Positions 1 through 8,228 of a stretch of DNA of 33,959 bases are shown here, piece by piece. Origin of the DNA: Candidatus Eiseniibacteriota bacterium (GTDB lineage Bacteria > Eisenbacteria > RBG-16-71-46 > CAIMUX01 > VGJL01). The notes under the pieces were generated by a model that was given only the letters and a program-made list of their open reading frames with translations, was not told the DNA's origin and did not search any database. The stretch is from assembly GCA_041946735.1 (NCBI GenBank), contig JBHGAY010000040.1, positions 1 to 33,959 of the forward strand, read 5' to 3'. Made by a program: the position numbers and the translations under genes. Each line of letters starts with the position of its first letter. Positions within the stretch are counted from its first letter, which is position 1.

Positions 1-201
1 GCCGAGACGGAGATCGGCCTGCTCCTTCCCTGCAATCTGATCGTCTACGAGCAGGAGAAGGACGCGAAGACGAGCACCGTGGCGGCGATCGATCCCGAGG
101 TCCAGCTCGGGAAGGTCGGGAGGCCGGAGCTTGCGGAAGTCGCTCGCGAAGTGAAGGATCGGCTTCGCCGCGTACTCGAGGGGGTCCAGGCGGGATCGTG
201 A
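1..201 (+). CDS. DUF302-family protein, 3' part only (truncated by window start)
   Basis: Frame 1 reads AETEIGLLLPCNLIVYEQ...TVAAIDP...LAEVAREVKDRLRRVLE...GS*, the typical DUF302 C-terminal pattern (GLLLPC..VYE). The TGA at 199-201 overlaps the tsaD GTG. Absent from the ORF track. Confidence 0.8.
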   Translation, partial: AETEIGLLLPCNLIVYEQEKDAKTSTVAAIDPEVQLGKVGRPELAEVAREVKDRLRRVLEGVQAGS

Positions 202-1250
202 ACGCCGGCATCCCTGTCTATCTCGCGCTAGAGACTTCCTGCGACGACACATGCGCGGCCGTCCTCGACTCCGGCGGGAAGGTCCTCTCCAGCGTCGTTT
301 CCAGCCAGCTGGTCCACGGCGAGTACGAGGGGGTCGTGCCCGAGCTCGCTTCGCGCGAGCACCTTCGCCTCGGCCCGACCGCGATCCGTCTCGCCCTCGA
401 GAAGGCCGGCCGCGGCTTCGCTGATCTGCGCGGCGTCGCGGTCACCCAGGGTCCCGGCCTGATCGGCTGCCTGCTCGTCGGGCTGAACCTCGCCAAGGGG
501 ATCTCGATGGCTCGCGGGATTCCGATCGTCGGGGTCAACCACATCGAGGGGCACCTTCATGCGATCCTCGCCGAGCGACCCTTCGCGCCTCCGATGGTCG
601 GGCTCGTCGCCTCGGGGGGGCACACCGAGATCCTTCACGTCCGGGACTGGGGAAGCTATGAGCTGCTCGGTTCCACGCGCGATGACGCGGCTGGTGAGGC
701 GTTCGACAAGGTCGCCAAGCTCCTCGGCCTCTCCTACCCCGGCGGGCCGATCGTCGATCGGACGGCGCGCGAAGGCCGCGACGTCTATGGCTTTCCGCGC
801 GCCTGGATGGATCTCGCCTCCGGCAACCTGGAGCTTTCCTTCAGCGGCCTGAAGACGGCCGTGAAGGTGTTCGTCGAGAGGGAGACGGAGCGGCACGGAC
901 GCGACATCCTCACCGATCCACGGTTCCTGGCTGACGTCTGCGCGTCGTTCCAGGCCGCCCTCGTCGACGTGCTGATCGCGAAGCTCGAGGTGGCGCTGCG
1001 GAGGACGCGGGCGCCTCGACTGCTCCTCGCCGGCGGCGTCGCCTGCAACTCCTCGCTTCGCAGCAAAGCGGCTGCCTTGGGACAGCGCCTCGGCGTCGAA
1101 GCAGCCTTCCCCTCCCCGCGCTTGTGCGCCGACAACGCGGTGATGATCGGTCTGGCCGCGGTTCCGCGGCTGCTAGCCGGCGAGGACGATGGAATGACAC
1201 TCGCCGCCTGCGCGAACCTCGATGACTTCCCTGCCTTCGCCGCGGCGTAG
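198..1250 (+). CDS. tsaD: tRNA N6-threonylcarbamoyladenosine biosynthesis transferase TsaD
   Basis: Motifs LALETSCDDT, GVVPELASREH, GPGLIGCL, VNHIEGH (metal HxxxH), SGGHT, DDAAGEAFDKVAKLLGL, SFSGLKT, AGGVACN, CADNAVMI. Confidence 0.97.
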   Translation: MNAGIPVYLALETSCDDTCAAVLDSGGKVLSSVVSSQLVHGEYEGVVPELASREHLRLGPTAIRLALEKAGRGFADLRGVAVTQGPGLIGCLLVGLNLAKGISMARGIPIVGVNHIEGHLHAILAERPFAPPMVGLVASGGHTEILHVRDWGSYELLGSTRDDAAGEAFDKVAKLLGLSYPGGPIVDRTAREGRDVYGFPRAWMDLASGNLELSFSGLKTAVKVFVERETERHGRDILTDPRFLADVCASFQAALVDVLIAKLEVALRRTRAPRLLLAGGVACNSSLRSKAAALGQRLGVEAAFPSPRLCADNAVMIGLAAVPRLLAGEDDGMTLAACANLDDFPAFAAA

Positions 1251-1537
1251 CCCGACGCGTGCGCGATGCCGCCCCCCCGCGGCGTCCGGTCACCGGCGGC
1301 TCCTCCAGGCTTGGCCGGTTCAACTCGGCCAACGCGCCGGGGAATCCGCCCCAGGGCGCGGGCGCGCCCGCGCATGGCTGCGCTCGCCGATCCGCCATGC
1401 AATCCGCGTCGTTTCGTCCCTCACCGTTGCGTTTCGTAAGGGCGCCCGGCACTTGCGCCGGCTCGTCGCTCCGGCGAGCGGACGCCGGAACCGGCTTCCC
1501 GCACCGGGTTTCCGTCTCCGAGCCTCCTGCGTCCGAG

Positions 1538-1554
1538 TGGCATGCCTCCTGCAA
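1538..1554 (+). promoter_or_regulatory. Putative sigma54 (-24/-12) promoter
   Basis: TGGCATGCCTCCTGCAA: GG(1539-40)-N10-GC(1551-52), close to the consensus TGGCACGNNNNTTGCW. It lies about 100 nt upstream of the REC-GGDEF ATG in a 400-nt intergenic region. Confidence 0.65.
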
Positions 1555-1652
1555 CCACTCCGGCGCTGAGACGTCGTCCGGGACCGATCGCACGCAAGAA
1601 GCGCGGGGCATTCCCCGCAACACCCGGGGCGGAACCGAGACGGGAGCATCGG

Positions 1653-2585
1653 ATGAACCGAGAGAGAATCCTGGTGGTGGAGGACGAGTCCTCCCTGCGC
1701 AAGATCTTGCAGGTGCAGCTCGAAGGAGCCGGCTACCAGGTGTCGACCGCCACCGACGGGCGCGAGGGGCTGGAGAAGATCCTCGACGATCCGCCGGACC
1801 TCGTCCTGATGGATCTGATGATGCCCAGGATGGATGGCTCGGAGCTCTGCCGGCGCATGCGCGAGAGCTTCCGGACGAGCCAGATCCCGATCATCATGCT
1901 GACCGCTCGCGGCCAGCTCGAGGACAAGATCGCGGGACTGACGGTCGGAGCGAATGATTACCTAACGAAGCCGTACTCTCTGGACGAACTTCTCGTGCGG
2001 GTGAGGAACATGCTGCAGTGGAGCCGGATCCAGCGCGAGGCGAACCCGCTCACCGGGCTCCCCGGGAACGTCATGATCGATACGGAGGCGACCAGGCGAA
2101 TCCAGGCGAAGGAGGAGTTCGCCTTCCTGTACGTCGACATCGATCATTTCAAGGCGTTCAACGACTACTACAGCTATCAGAAGGGGGACGAGGCGATCAA
2201 GCTGACTGCCGGCATCCTCCTACGGGCCGTCGCCCGCTTCGGAAGCCCGAACGATTTCGTCGGCCACATCGGCGGCGACGACTTCGTCCTCCTCTCGACG
2301 CCGGAGCACGCGCGGCGGGTCGCGACCGAGATCGTGCGGGACTTCGACGAGAGGATCGTCCAGCTCTACAACGGCGAGGACCGGGCGCGCGGGTACATCG
2401 AGGTGACGAACCGGCAGAATCAGATCATGCGCTTCCCGATCATGTCGGTGACGGTCGCCGGGATCACGAGCCTCGGGCGCAATCTCACCCACGTCGGGCA
2501 GCTCACCGACATGGCGGCGGAGCTGAAGCGATACGGAAAGAGCCGCGCGGGCAGCATCGTCGTCTGGGAGCGCCGGGCGGACTGA
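1653..2585 (+). CDS. Response regulator with C-terminal GGDEF-type (GGDDF) diguanylate cyclase domain, 310 aa
   Basis: REC domain (ILVVEDE, DLVLMDLMMP, MLTA, DYLTKPY) followed by NPLTGLPGN, DIDHFKAFNDYY, GD and GHIGGDDF. Start set at ATG 1653, which has GGGAG upstream, rather than the ORF-track start at 1542. Confidence 0.9.
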   Translation: MNRERILVVEDESSLRKILQVQLEGAGYQVSTATDGREGLEKILDDPPDLVLMDLMMPRMDGSELCRRMRESFRTSQIPIIMLTARGQLEDKIAGLTVGANDYLTKPYSLDELLVRVRNMLQWSRIQREANPLTGLPGNVMIDTEATRRIQAKEEFAFLYVDIDHFKAFNDYYSYQKGDEAIKLTAGILLRAVARFGSPNDFVGHIGGDDFVLLSTPEHARRVATEIVRDFDERIVQLYNGEDRARGYIEVTNRQNQIMRFPIMSVTVAGITSLGRNLTHVGQLTDMAAELKRYGKSRAGSIVVWERRAD

Positions 2586-2649
2586 AGGCACGGCCGCGGC
2601 CGCGAACGGCGGCAGCAACGAGACGGATCGATCGCAGCGGGAGGGCAAC

Positions 2650-3048
2650 GTGGACCGAAAGCGCATTCTTGTCGTCGACGACGAGATCTACATCGTGCAC
2701 ATTCTGGAGTTCAGCCTGACGATGGAGGGCTTCACGGTCCTGACCGCTTCCAACGGCGAAGAAGCCTTGCGGATGATCGATCAGGAGCGGCCCGACCTCG
2801 TGGTCCTCGACATCATGATGCCGAAGCTGGACGGCTACGAGGTTGTCGCCGCCCTCCGCAAAGACGAGCAGTTCCAGAGCCTGCCGGTCATCCTGCTTTC
2901 CGCGAAGGGGCGGCCGATCGATCGCGAAGCCGGACTCGCGGCCGGCGCGGACGACTACATCACCAAGCCGTTCAGCCCGCGCAAGCTGATCGAGAAGATC
3001 CGGGAGATCCTGGACCGGCAGGAACTCGGAAAGGCGGTCGGCTTCTAG
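2650..3048 (+). CDS. Single-domain response regulator (CheY/PhoB-like receiver)
   Basis: ILVVDDE, DLVVLDIMMPKLDG, LSAK, ADDYITKPFSP. GGAGGG RBS precedes the GTG. Confidence 0.93.
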   Translation: MDRKRILVVDDEIYIVHILEFSLTMEGFTVLTASNGEEALRMIDQERPDLVVLDIMMPKLDGYEVVAALRKDEQFQSLPVILLSAKGRPIDREAGLAAGADDYITKPFSPRKLIEKIREILDRQELGKAVGF

Positions 3049-3232
3049 CGCACCGCGCCTCACGCCGCCGCGTGGATGTCGCCGCCGTTTGGAGAGACCG
3101 CCCGGCCGCTCGCCGCTCCGAGCCCGGGCGGTCTCTTCGCGCCGGCGCTTGCCGCCCGATCGGGGCTCTCTTACCATGAGGACAACCCCGCCGGGAAGAA
3201 GACGAGCCCGGCGCTTCGAAGGGAGCGTGGAG

Positions 3233-3331
3233 ATGGGCAAGGAGAAGGAAGCCAAGAAGGAAGAGAAGAAGAAGCCGAAGAAGAGCCTGATGGAGAAGCG
3301 GGCCGAAAAGAAGGCCAAGAAGGAGTCCTGA
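3233..3331 (+). CDS. Small lysine-rich basic protein, 32 aa (MGKEKEAKKEEKKKPKKSLMEKRAEKKAKKES)
   Basis: ATG 3233 is preceded by GGGAG/TGGAG. Codon use is strongly coding-like (AAG/GAG), and a GC hairpin follows. Confidence 0.7.
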   Translation: MGKEKEAKKEEKKKPKKSLMEKRAEKKAKKES

Positions 3332-3375
3332 TCGCGGGAGCGGTTCGGCGATTCCACTTCGGGCATTCGAGGCGC

Positions 3376-3402
3376 GGGGGAAGGCAGGCAGCCTTCCCCC
3401 TT
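3376..3402 (+). terminator. GC-rich hairpin, possible weak terminator or mRNA-stabilising stem
   Basis: GGGGGAAGGC-AGGCA-GCCTTCCCCC is a perfect 10-bp stem, followed by only TT. Confidence 0.5.
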
Positions 3403-3476
3403 CGCGTACCCGGTCCGGCGGCTCCCGCCCGTCCCGCTTGACCGCCGTCCCGCCGCGCCGTCAATCTGTCCCTGCC

Positions 3477-5813
3477 ATGCCTGTCGGCTTTCTGCTGCAT
3501 CCGACCTACCGGATCGAGAAGGGGCTCCCGATCGTCCACCTCTTCGGGAAGCTCGAAACGGGGGAGAGCTTCGTCCTGCGCGATACGCGCGCCCGGCCCC
3601 ACTTCTTCATCGAGGAGGCGGACCTCGAGCGCGCCTCGGCGCTCCTCGGCCGGTCCGTCTCGATCGAGACGGTGCCGCTGCGGACCATGCAGGGAAGGCC
3701 GGTCGCTCGCGTCTCCTACTCCTCTCCCCCCGACACGCCGGGGCTTCGCGAGAGGCTTCGCCGCTCGGGCGTCGCCTGCTACGAGGCGGACATCCCCTTC
3801 GCAACCCGCTACCTGATCGATCACGGCATCCGCGGCGCGATGGAGATCGAGGGCGAGGGAAGGCCGGGCCGCCGGATCGGCCGCATCTTCGAGGACGCGT
3901 CCATCGCGCCCGCTTCCACCGTCCCCGCTCTTCGGGTCCTCTCGATCGATATCGAGACCGACCCGCGAGCGCGATGGCTTCTCTCGATCGGGCTTTACGC
4001 CGGCGGGATCGAGGAGAGCCTGCTCGTCCTTCCGAAGCCTGAGCGAGGGGCCGGGCCCCCGCTTCCCGCACGCGCCCGCGCCTTCGAGGACGAAAGGACC
4101 CTGCTGCGATCGTTCCTCGACCGGCTGGCCGAGATCGATCCCGACGTCCTGGTCGGATGGAATCTGATCGACTTCGACCTCTCCTTCCTCGAGGGCCGCT
4201 GCCGCGAGTTCGGCGTCCCGTTCCTGCTCGGGCGCGCGGAGATCCCGAGCACGGTCCGCGTCGACCGGTCCTTCTGGGGATCTTCGCGGGCGTCGATCGC
4301 CGGACGGGTCGCCCTCGACGGCGTCTCGCTCCTCCGCGGGGCGTCGGTGAGGCTTCCCGACTATCGTCTCGAGACCGCGGCCCGCACCTTCCTCGGAGAA
4401 GGGAAGGTCCAGGCGGGGCCCCAGCGCGCGGAGTGGATCGAGCAGGCCTGGCGCAGCGACCTCGAGACGTTCGTCGACTACAACATCCGCGACGCGCGGC
4501 TCGCGTACGACGTGATCGCGAAGCTGGGGCTGCTGCCGCTGGCGATCCGCCGCAGCCTGCTGACCGGCATGCCGCTCGACCGGGTCGGCGCTTCGATCGC
4601 CTCTTTCGACTTCCTCTATCTCCAGGAGCTGCGCAAGCGCGGGATGGTCGCGCCGAGCGTGGACGAGGAGGCGGAATCGGAGCCGACGGTCGGCGGCTAC
4701 GTCCTCGAGTCCCGCCCGGGGTTGTACAAGAACATTCTCGTGTTCGACTATCGCAGCCTCTACCCGAGCCTGATCCTGACCTTTCATCTCGATCCGCTCT
4801 CGCTTTGCGCCGAGGGAGGGTGCGACGGCGAGGAAGACCCGATCGTCGCGCCCAACGGTGCCCGGTTCCGCAGGGAAGGCGGGATCCTGCCGAGCCTCCT
4901 GGAGCGATTCTTCCCCGAGAGGCTCGCGGCCAAGGAGCGAGGCGACGCGGTCGGCTCGACCGCATACAAGATCCTGATGAACTCCTTCTACGGCGTGCTC
5001 GGCACGGCGCGCTGCCGGTTCCACTCGCCGGCGACCGCGAACGCGATCACCCGCTTCGGTCAGACGATCCTGCTCTGGACGAAGGCGTTCGTCGAGAGCC
5101 GCGGCTACCGCGTTCTCTACGGCGATACCGATTCGCTCTTCGTGGAAAGCGGGACCGAGAGCGCCGCGGAGGCGCTCGCGATCGGAAAGCGCATCGCCGC
5201 CGAGGTGAACGAGGCGTTGACGGTCCGCTTGCGCGAGGAGTGGAACGTCGAGAACCGGCTCCTGCTGCAGTTCGAGAGGCTCTACGAGAGGTTCTTCCTG
5301 CCCGGTCTCCGCCACTCGCTCGAAGGGAGCAAGAAGCGCTACGCCGGGATCGTGCGGCGCGGAGGGGAGGAGGAGATCGTCTTCACCGGCCTCGAGTCGG
5401 CCCGGCGGGACTGGACCGATCTGGCGAAGGCGTTCCAGAAGGAGCTGCTCGCCCGAGTCTTCCGGGAGGAGCCGGTCGACCGGTTCATTCGGGCGTTCGC
5501 GGAAGAGGTGCGAGGAGGACGTCGCGATTCCGACCTGATCTATCGCAAAGCGCTCCGCAAACCGGCCGAGTCGTACACGAAGACGACTCCGCCCCACGTG
5601 AAGGCGGCGCGGCAGATGGAGGATCGCGACGGCCGGATCGTCTCCTACGTGATGACGATCGCCGGTCCGGAGCCGGCCGCAGCCCCGCAGCACCCGATCG
5701 ACTACGAGCACTACGTCGAGAAGCAGCTCCGCCCCATCGCCGAATCGGTGCTGGCATGTCTCGGCTCGAGCTGGGAACGTGTCTGGTCCGGGCAGTCGGA
5801 CCTCTTCGCGTGA
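3477..5813 (+). CDS. polB: DNA polymerase II (family B), 778 aa
   Basis: Exonuclease motifs DIET, GWNLIDFD and YNIRD. Polymerase motifs DYRSLYPS, KILMNSFYG, YGDTDS and GSKKRYAG, plus TTPPHVKAAR and DYEHYVEKQL. C-terminal QSDLF. Confidence 0.95.
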   Translation: MPVGFLLHPTYRIEKGLPIVHLFGKLETGESFVLRDTRARPHFFIEEADLERASALLGRSVSIETVPLRTMQGRPVARVSYSSPPDTPGLRERLRRSGVACYEADIPFATRYLIDHGIRGAMEIEGEGRPGRRIGRIFEDASIAPASTVPALRVLSIDIETDPRARWLLSIGLYAGGIEESLLVLPKPERGAGPPLPARARAFEDERTLLRSFLDRLAEIDPDVLVGWNLIDFDLSFLEGRCREFGVPFLLGRAEIPSTVRVDRSFWGSSRASIAGRVALDGVSLLRGASVRLPDYRLETAARTFLGEGKVQAGPQRAEWIEQAWRSDLETFVDYNIRDARLAYDVIAKLGLLPLAIRRSLLTGMPLDRVGASIASFDFLYLQELRKRGMVAPSVDEEAESEPTVGGYVLESRPGLYKNILVFDYRSLYPSLILTFHLDPLSLCAEGGCDGEEDPIVAPNGARFRREGGILPSLLERFFPERLAAKERGDAVGSTAYKILMNSFYGVLGTARCRFHSPATANAITRFGQTILLWTKAFVESRGYRVLYGDTDSLFVESGTESAAEALAIGKRIAAEVNEALTVRLREEWNVENRLLLQFERLYERFFLPGLRHSLEGSKKRYAGIVRRGGEEEIVFTGLESARRDWTDLAKAFQKELLARVFREEPVDRFIRAFAEEVRGGRRDSDLIYRKALRKPAESYTKTTPPHVKAARQMEDRDGRIVSYVMTIAGPEPAAAPQHPIDYEHYVEKQLRPIAESVLACLGSSWERVWSGQSDLFA

Positions 5814-5821
5814 GGGACCCA

Positions 5822-8041
5822 ATGGGGACGGAGGATCGCGCATCGCGGATGGAGGAACGGGGGGAGCGAAAGGACGGGCCGGCGCCTGCCGCGTCCGCCC
5901 CGCTTCCGCTGCCACCACCCTCGCCCCCAGCCGCGCCCGCGACCGCCCGCTACGCGGACGTCGGCGTCCCTTCGGGAGCGCGCGCGATCTTCACCTATCT
6001 CGTTCCGGACTCGCTGCGAGGCCGCATCCGGCCCGGCCATCGAGTCGCGATCCCGTTCGGCCGGCGCCAAACGCACGGGTACGTCCTGCGATTGCACGAC
6101 GGACCGGCGCCGGACCGGCTACGCGCGATCGGGGAGCCGGATCCGCCGGAGCCGGTGCTCGACGAGGATCTGCTCGATCTGGTGCGTTGGGTCTCCGACT
6201 ACTACGTCGCCCCGATCGGCGAGGTGCTCGAGGCCGCCGCCCCGCGGGGAGCGATCGCGACCCGGCCGAGGCGGAAGCGAAAGAAGGATGCCGCGGCCGC
6301 CGAGGCCGCCGCGGCCGCCGCCGCCCCGGCCGGCGCCGGCGAGCCAGGTGCGGAGGCCGAGGCGACGCCGGACCCTGCGACAGGCGATGCGCAGGTCGAG
6401 GCGGCCCCGTCTCTCGATCCCGAGCAGGAGGAGGCGTTCGTCCGGCTGCGCGAGGAGCTGCGCGCCCGTCGCTTCTCCGTCCACCTGCTCCATGGAGTCC
6501 CGGGCTCGGGAAAAACGGAGATCTACCTCGCCCTCGCCGCTGAGGCGCTCCGCGAGGGCGGCTCGGTGCTATGGCTCGAGCCGGAGATCGGCCTTGCGAC
6601 GCAAGTGCTCGAGCGCGCGCGCCGCCGCTTCGGCGACCTCGTCGGCCTGTTCCATTCCCAGGCCGGTTTGCGCCCGCGCCGCGACACCCGGGAGCGTGCC
6701 CAGCGCGGCGAAACCCGGATCCTGATCGGCGCGCGCTCCGCCGTCTTCGTCCCGCTTCCGGATCTCCGTCTCGTCGTCATCGACGAGGAGCAGGAGCCGG
6801 CGTACAAGCAGGAGGAGTCTCCCCGCTATCACGGCCGGGACGTCGCGATCCTGCGCGCGCGCTCGGCGGGAGCGCTCGCCGTCCTCGGCTCGGCGACGCC
6901 GAGCCTCGAGGCATGGTGGAACGCGCAGTCGGGAAAGTTCCACCGCCACCTCCTGCTTCGCCGGCACGAAGACCGCCCGGCGCCGCGCGTCCACGTGGTC
7001 GATCTCCGCGTCGACCCGGGCATCGCGCCGGGAGTCCGATCGATCCCGCTGTTCTCGGGACTCCTCGTGCAGAAGATCCGCGAGAGGCTCGCCGCCGGCG
7101 AGCAGACGATCCTCTTCCTGAACCGTCGCGGACATTCGACGAGCGTGCAATGCACCGATTGCGGCGACATGTTCCGGTGCTCGCGCTGCGACGTGGTATT
7201 GACCTACCACCGCACCACCGCCGACCTGCGGTGCCATCATTGCGGCCTCGTCCGCGGGATTCCGCGCGAGTGCGGTTCCTGCAAGGGGACGCATCTGTTC
7301 TTCGGCGGGGTGGGGACGCAGAAGCTCGAGGAGCGTGTCGCGGCGCTCTTCCCGCATGCGCGGATCCTGCGGCTCGACGCCGACGCGACGCGACGCGCCG
7401 GAAGCCACGCCCGGCATATCCAGGCGATCGAAAGCGGCGACGTCGACATCCTGATCGGCACCCAGATGCTGGCGAAAGGATTGCACTTTCCCCGCGTGAC
7501 GCTGGTCGGAGTCCTTCTTGCGGATCGTGAGATGGAGCTGCCGGAGATGCGCGCGCAGGAGCGGGCGTATCAGATCCTGACGCAGGTGGCGGGTCGCTCT
7601 GGACGAGGGACGATCCCGGGCGAAGTGATCTTCCAGACGCTCCTCCCCGATCACCTGCTGCTCCGTTGCGCGGCCGAGGGGGACTACGAGGCGTTCGCGC
7701 GCGAGGAGCTGCGAAATCGCGAGGCGCTCGGCTATCCGCCCTACTCGCGGATGGTCCATCTCCTGCTCGACGGGCGTGTCGAGGAGACGGTCCGCCGCCG
7801 CGCGCAAGAGGTCGCGCTCGCCCTCGCGCGACCGGCCCGCCGCGCCGGCGTCGAGATCCTCGGCCCGGCGCCGATGTTCCTCGCCCGCCTGCAGGGCCGC
7901 TACCGCTGGCATCTCACGTTGAAGGGGGAGGGGAGCGGCTCCCTCCACCGGCTCGCCCGTCAGGCTCTCGAGCTTCCCCGCTCTCCCGGGACGGGAGGCG
8001 TGCGGATTCTCGTCGACGTCGATCCCGTTCGGACGCTCTAG
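5822..8041 (+). CDS. priA: Primosomal protein N' (replication-restart helicase PriA)
   Basis: N-terminal FTYLVP..GHRVAIPFG 3'-binding domain, GVPGSGKTEIY, GARSAVF, DEEQ..YKQ..PRYHGRD, LGSATPS, LNRRG, four CxxC pairs, GTQMLAKG, QVAGRSGR, YPPYS, DVDP. Start is 5822 or 5849; the 1294-aa ORF-track start is an overlap artefact. Confidence 0.95.
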   Translation: MGTEDRASRMEERGERKDGPAPAASAPLPLPPPSPPAAPATARYADVGVPSGARAIFTYLVPDSLRGRIRPGHRVAIPFGRRQTHGYVLRLHDGPAPDRLRAIGEPDPPEPVLDEDLLDLVRWVSDYYVAPIGEVLEAAAPRGAIATRPRRKRKKDAAAAEAAAAAAAPAGAGEPGAEAEATPDPATGDAQVEAAPSLDPEQEEAFVRLREELRARRFSVHLLHGVPGSGKTEIYLALAAEALREGGSVLWLEPEIGLATQVLERARRRFGDLVGLFHSQAGLRPRRDTRERAQRGETRILIGARSAVFVPLPDLRLVVIDEEQEPAYKQEESPRYHGRDVAILRARSAGALAVLGSATPSLEAWWNAQSGKFHRHLLLRRHEDRPAPRVHVVDLRVDPGIAPGVRSIPLFSGLLVQKIRERLAAGEQTILFLNRRGHSTSVQCTDCGDMFRCSRCDVVLTYHRTTADLRCHHCGLVRGIPRECGSCKGTHLFFGGVGTQKLEERVAALFPHARILRLDADATRRAGSHARHIQAIESGDVDILIGTQMLAKGLHFPRVTLVGVLLADREMELPEMRAQERAYQILTQVAGRSGRGTIPGEVIFQTLLPDHLLLRCAAEGDYEAFAREELRNREALGYPPYSRMVHLLLDGRVEETVRRRAQEVALALARPARRAGVEILGPAPMFLARLQGRYRWHLTLKGEGSGSLHRLARQALELPRSPGTGGVRILVDVDPVRTL

Positions 8042-8137
8042 GCCCCGGGACGTCCGCCGAATCCGCCGCAGGCCGAGCGCCGCCCGACGCCACCGAAAGC
8101 CATAGCACGCATCGCCTTGTACGCGCGGCGCGATTCC

Positions 8138-8166
8138 TTGACACCCCTCCGAAACCCCTCTAGATT
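8138..8166 (+). promoter_or_regulatory. Sigma70-type promoter for the TPR lipoprotein gene
   Basis: TTGACA (8138-8143), 17-nt spacer, TAGATT (8161-8166), about 60 nt upstream of ATG 8229. Confidence 0.8.
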
Positions 8167-8228
8167 CCGATACATCCGGACGCGCGGACGCGCCAATCGT
8201 GGTTTGGGATTGATGGGGGAGTCGGGAC

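Noticed and set aside
1251..1652. Possible riboswitch (e.g. c-di-GMP) or ncRNA in the 400-nt gap before the GGDEF gene
   Set aside because: I could not recognise conserved riboswitch motifs by eye, and GC-rich hairpins are expected by chance. An Infernal/Rfam scan would be needed.
4157..5821. N-terminal extension of the 1294-aa ORF, suggesting a PolB-PriA overlap or fusion
   Set aside because: It is an alternative frame of polB with no stops because of high GC. PriA homology starts after 5822.
3171..5918. Long minus-strand ORFs (915 aa here; also 10931-12979, 16560-18614, 18725-21571, 21274-23472, 31468-33267)
   Set aside because: They are antisense mirrors of well-supported plus-strand genes, typical of high-GC codon bias, with no recognisable motifs.
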